64,000 nucleotides of DNA from Polaromonas sp. GTDB taxonomy: Bacteria; Pseudomonadota; Gammaproteobacteria; Burkholderiales; Burkholderiaceae_C. The notes below the pieces were generated by a model, which was given only the letters and a program-made list of their open reading frames with translations, was not told the DNA's origin and made no database searches. Positions within the stretch are counted from its first letter, which is position 1. Each line of letters begins with the position of its first letter. Positions 60,704 to 64,000 of the stretch are shown one piece after another. Location of the stretch: NCBI GenBank assembly GCA_043769295.1, contig JAYVJL010000156.1:1913-65912 (forward strand), read 5' to 3'. The translations under genes were made by a program, and so were the position numbers.

Positions 60704-61573
60704 TCAAAAAAGGTAGTGATCGATCAACAGCGCGGCAAACAGCACGCTGAGATGGATCAACGAAAAACGGAAGGTTTTGCGCGCCAAAGCGTCGGAATAA
60801 TTGCGCCACAGGGCGAAGGCGTAGCCGGTGAAGCCGATGCTCAAGGCCACGGCGACGACCAGATACAGCCACGAACTCATACCAAACACGAAAGGCATCA
60901 AACACGCCGGGAACAGCACCAAGGTGTACAAAAACACCTGCAAACGGGTGAATTCATTACCGTGGGTGACGGGCAGCATGGGCAGGCCGGACTTGCGGTA
61001 GTCTTCCACGCGGTACAGGGCCAGTGCCCAGAAGTGCGGTGGCGTCCACAGGAAGATGATCAAAAACAGGATCAAGGCCTCGGGGCCGACGCTGTTGGTC
61101 AGGGCGGCCCAGCCCAGCACGGGTGGCATGGCACCGGACGCGCCGCCGATGACGATGTTTTGCGGGGTGAGCGGCTTCAGAATCACGGTGTAGACAACCG
61201 CGTAGCCGATGAAGGTGGCGAAGGTGAGCCACATGGTGAGCGGGTTGACCCACACATAGAGCAGCACGGAGCCGAGCACGCACAGGGTGGCCGAGAAAAT
61301 GAGGGTTTGGGTGTCGCTGAGTTCGCCTTTAGCGGTGGGCCGCCAGGCGGTGCGTTTCATTTTGGCGTCAATGCCTTTTTCAACGATGCAGTTGAAGGCG
61401 GCCGCCGCACCGGCCACCAGCCAGATGCCCACGCAGGCGATCAACCCGAGCTTGACTTCAGCCCAGCTGGGCACACCCGGCACGGCCAAGACCATGCCGA
61501 TCAGGGCGCAAAAGACGATGAGTTGCACCACACGTGGCTTGGTGAGTGCATAGAACTGCTGAAAAATGGTCAT
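60704..61573 (-). CDS. ctaB: Protoheme IX farnesyltransferase (heme O synthase)
   Basis: [38 protein letters not shown]. Start at the ATG at 61573; the track ORF extension to 61975 overlaps ctaA. Confidence 0.9.
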   Translation of the reverse strand: MTIFQQFYALTKPRVVQLIVFCALIGMVLAVPGVPSWAEVKLGLIACVGIWLVAGAAAAFNCIVEKGIDAKMKRTAWRPTAKGELSDTQTLIFSATLCVLGSVLLYVWVNPLTMWLTFATFIGYAVVYTVILKPLTPQNIVIGGASGAMPPVLGWAALTNSVGPEALILFLIIFLWTPPHFWALALYRVEDYRKSGLPMLPVTHGNEFTRLQVFLYTLVLFPACLMPFVFGMSSWLYLVVAVALSIGFTGYAFALWRNYSDALARKTFRFSLIHLSVLFAALLIDHYLF

Positions 61574-61605
61574 GAGGGATTTTATAGGGGTCGCTGTAAG
61601 GGGCG

Positions 61606-62844
61606 CTATAAGGGTCGCTGAAGCAGCGGTTTGCGGGACGGAATACTGAAATTCAAACGGCGGTCGGCGGCGGTGCTGCTGAGCGTCCAGGTCATCAACA
61701 TCACCAAAGCGGCGGCACCTGCGGTGTGAGAAAGTGCGGCGATCAAGGGCCAGCCCAGCACCACGTTGCTCAAGCCGGTGGCCAACTGCCACAAGGCGAT
61801 ACCACCCAACCAACGGGCATGGCGCTGCAAAGCGGGTACTTTGGACAACTGCCAGGCCAGCACACCCAATGCGGCCAGTAAGGCATAAGCCACGAGCCGG
61901 TGGGTGTAGTGGATGGCGGTGAGCGCTGAAAATGAGATGTGGGCACCGCCAGGCGTGAGACCCAGCTCGCGCCACAAGGTAAAGCCCTGGTTAAAATCCA
62001 TCACCGGCCACCAGCTGTTTTGGCAGGTGGGAAAGGTGTTGCAGGCCAACACGGCGTAGTTGGTGCTGACCCAGCCACCCAGCGCGATTTGCAGCCACAG
62101 CAAGGCAAAAGTGGCGATCAAACCGGCACGCAGGCGGGCAGATATCATCACCGGCGGTTTGGCATCAATCACTTTGGCGTAGAGCGCGGCTTGCAGGCAC
62201 AGCAGCGTCACCAAGACCAGCGCACCCAGCAAATGCAGGGTGACGATGGCGGGGAACAGCTTCAAAGTCACCGTCAAAGCGCCAAAAGCACCGACCAGGC
62301 TGACCCAGAACAAGCTGGCGGTCGGCCACCACGGGCTGATCTGCAGGTGTGCTTTGGGTTGGAATTCGGACAGCACGCGGACTTTTTGCCGGGCTTGTTG
62401 TCTGGCACGATAACCACGATAACGCACCCACCAGCTGTGGATGGTCAAGGTCAAAATCAGCACGCCCACGCTGGTGGCGAGGTAGCGGTGCAGCATTTCT
62501 ATCCACGCTTTGCTGTGGGTGACAGGGCCGGTGGGCATGGCGCTTTGGGCGGCGTCTATATGCGTTTGTGCACCCAACGGGCTGGCGCTGCCGTAGCAGC
62601 CGGGCCAGTCGGGGCAGCCCAGACCGGAATCGGTCAAACGGGTGAAAGCGCCGAAGATGACCAGATCGAAGGTCAAAAACAGGGTGAACACCGTCAGTGC
62701 TTGCAGGCGCTTGAGGCGCTGACCATGGTTATTGGCCCCTTTGTGCTGCAGCCACCACCAGGCCAGCGGCCCGACGGCGACGGACAGCCCCAGCAGCATG
62801 ACGCGCAGGATGGGAGTGAGGTTGACGAGACTGGTTGAATCCAT
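61606..62844 (-). CDS. ctaA: COX15/CtaA-family heme A synthase
   Basis: [24 protein letters not shown]..multi-TM with conserved His; adjacent to ctaB. Confidence 0.85.
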   Translation of the reverse strand: MDSTSLVNLTPILRVMLLGLSVAVGPLAWWWLQHKGANNHGQRLKRLQALTVFTLFLTFDLVIFGAFTRLTDSGLGCPDWPGCYGSASPLGAQTHIDAAQSAMPTGPVTHSKAWIEMLHRYLATSVGVLILTLTIHSWWVRYRGYRARQQARQKVRVLSEFQPKAHLQISPWWPTASLFWVSLVGAFGALTVTLKLFPAIVTLHLLGALVLVTLLCLQAALYAKVIDAKPPVMISARLRAGLIATFALLWLQIALGGWVSTNYAVLACNTFPTCQNSWWPVMDFNQGFTLWRELGLTPGGAHISFSALTAIHYTHRLVAYALLAALGVLAWQLSKVPALQRHARWLGGIALWQLATGLSNVVLGWPLIAALSHTAGAAALVMLMTWTLSSTAADRRLNFSIPSRKPLLQRPL

Positions 62845-62874
62845 GCTGAATAAAAGTCTTGAGAAGCTGAGCGC

Positions 62875-63507
62875 TCAGCGGCCGGCGTTGTCCCATGAGG
62901 CAGAAGCCCGCAGCACGCGTTCGATATCGCGCTTGGCTTTCATGGCGGACTCGGCGTTGAAACCGGGCGGGAAACGCATCATCCAGTTGCCCATGGGGTC
63001 GACCAGAAAGAGGTGTTCGGGCAATTGGTGGCCTGTGCTGGGCTCCAGCCAGGTGGCCAGTTTGTCGGCAGGTACGCGCAACACGGTAGCGCCTTTGAGG
63101 GCGGGTTTCAAGGTCTCCAGCACGGGGGCGTCGTCGTTGACCAGCCAGACCCAATCGAGCCGGTCTTTCTCTTTGCCCAGCGTTTCGCGCAGCTGGCGCT
63201 GCAGATAGAGATGGTTTTGGCACACGGCATTGCACGCACCCCCAGCCACGCTGACCAGCAGCCACTGGCCTTTGAGCGCTTGAAGTTGGACGGGCTGGCT
63301 ATCCAGCGTACTGGCGGTGAGCGGTGGTGTGGGGCGCTGCGGGTTGATCAGCTCGCCAAAACTGCGTATGGTGCTGGGGCGCACCACGTAATAGGTGAAA
63401 TACGAGGCGACCACCGGCGCGGCACACACCAGCAGCACAGCCAGCATCTTCCAGCGGCCGTGTTTAGTGCGCGCCACACCATTAGAACCGGCTTGCAGAT
63501 CGGGCAT
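62875..63507 (-). CDS. Membrane-anchored thioredoxin-fold/Sco-like protein of the cytochrome oxidase assembly cluster
   Basis: TM helix (WKMLAVLLVCAAPVVASYF), GQWLLVSVAGGACNAVCQ (CxxxC). Start at the ATG at 63507, because the longer track ORF would overlap SURF1. Confidence 0.55.
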   Translation of the reverse strand: MPDLQAGSNGVARTKHGRWKMLAVLLVCAAPVVASYFTYYVVRPSTIRSFGELINPQRPTPPLTASTLDSQPVQLQALKGQWLLVSVAGGACNAVCQNHLYLQRQLRETLGKEKDRLDWVWLVNDDAPVLETLKPALKGATVLRVPADKLATWLEPSTGHQLPEHLFLVDPMGNWMMRFPPGFNAESAMKAKRDIERVLRASASWDNAGR

Positions 63508-63550
63508 GCTGTGAACGGTGAGGCCCAAAGGGTGATCGCCGGCGGGCGAA

Positions 63551-64000
63551 TCAGTCTTGGCGTTGAAGTTTGAGTTTGAACTTGGGTCGGACAATTTGAA
63601 ACCAGACATAAAGAATTGCAATTAAAGCACTGAGCGCCCACCATTGGGCCATGTAGCCATAGTGTTTTTCGACACCATTGTTGGGGCGTTGCCAATGGCG
63701 CAGCAAGCCATCCGCAGCAGCGTGAACGGCGGCGGCATCGGTCTGCAGCAGGGAAACACCAAAAAATTCGCGTTGTGTTTGCTGCGCAAACTCAGGCAAG
63801 TCGATATTTTGCCGTATCAGACCGGCATCTGGTCCCTTGAACGCATATAACTTCGAGGGCGGCGGGGCCATTCGGCCTTCAATCTGGACCGTTCCCGCCG
63901 GTGTGGGAACAGGGGGGACGATGCTGCGGTCCAGGAAATGCCGGGCCACCCAGCCGCGCTGCACCAGAATCATTTTTTTGACGCTGCCACTCTGATCGGC
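63551..64000 (-). CDS. SURF1-family cytochrome oxidase assembly protein; N-terminal part lies beyond the window
   Basis: VQRGWV..NNGVEKHYGYMAQWWALSALIAILYVWF, a typical SURF1 C-terminus. The reading frame is open to the window edge. Confidence 0.8.
   Translation of the reverse strand, partial: ADQSGSVKKMILVQRGWVARHFLDRSIVPPVPTPAGTVQIEGRMAPPPSKLYAFKGPDAGLIRQNIDLPEFAQQTQREFFGVSLLQTDAAAVHAAADGLLRHWQRPNNGVEKHYGYMAQWWALSALIAILYVWFQIVRPKFKLKLQRQD

Noticed and set aside
61587-61623. Three tandem ~12-nt units (ggggtcgctgtaa / ggggcgctataa / gggtcgctgaag) at the ctaA 3' end and the ctaA-ctaB spacer
   Set aside because: Very short, imperfect, and partly inside coding sequence. This is not distinguishable from chance without genome-wide statistics.
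61574-61975. N-terminal extension of the ctaB ORF (track start 61975)
   Set aside because: It would overlap the ctaA coding region. CtaB homology and normal length begin at the ATG at 61573.

Overview
GC-rich chromosomal segment, by gene content most likely a betaproteobacterium of the Burkholderiales/Comamonadaceae type (that placement is an inference). I support about 60 protein genes and found no rRNA, tRNA, CRISPR array, transposase or integrase. All product calls come from motifs I recognised in the supplied translations, because no searches could be run. Gene order: rdgC (partial); a phasin with a histone-like tail; a two-domain fatty acyl-CoA reductase; rfbBDAC (dTDP-L-rhamnose); three GT4 glycosyltransferases with gmd and rmd (GDP-D-rhamnose); a GlcD-like FAD oxidase; a LysR regulator; fadD; pntAA-pntAB-pntB; a tricarballylate-type cluster (LysR, tcuA, tcuB, an SDR, a Bug/TctC binding protein); mnmA; a tonB-like gene with exbB-exbD-exbD; an MFS transporter; a small beta-barrel OMP with a Spy/CpxP-like protein; a Cys-free glutaredoxin-fold protein with rubredoxin reductase, rubredoxin (54 aa, absent from the ORF track) and rubrerythrin; a five-gene SPFH / DUF4178 / DUF350 / membrane spermidine-synthase-like / Tat-exported FAD amine-oxidase-like cassette; a 2738-aa cyclic beta-1,2-glucan synthase on a lower-GC stretch; BON and DUF1328 stress proteins; a CHASE3 histidine kinase with two response regulators; DUF3455, GST, trhO, rpoH, an RDD protein and a hexose-6-P mutarotase; and a cytochrome oxidase assembly block (SCO1, ctaB, ctaA, a Sco-like protein, SURF1 partial). 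The main signal not explained by genes is a dispersed ~45-bp AT-rich repeat family with at least 13 copies. Several copies lie in frame inside coding sequences: rubredoxin reductase, the FAD oxidoreductase (twice), the tcuA 3' end, the SCO1 signal peptide, and a look-alike in rfbD. Other leads are the PspA-less SPFH/polyamine cassette, a TonB-like protein with a non-canonical Cys-containing C-terminus, and a 102-bp nested palindrome downstream of rpoH.
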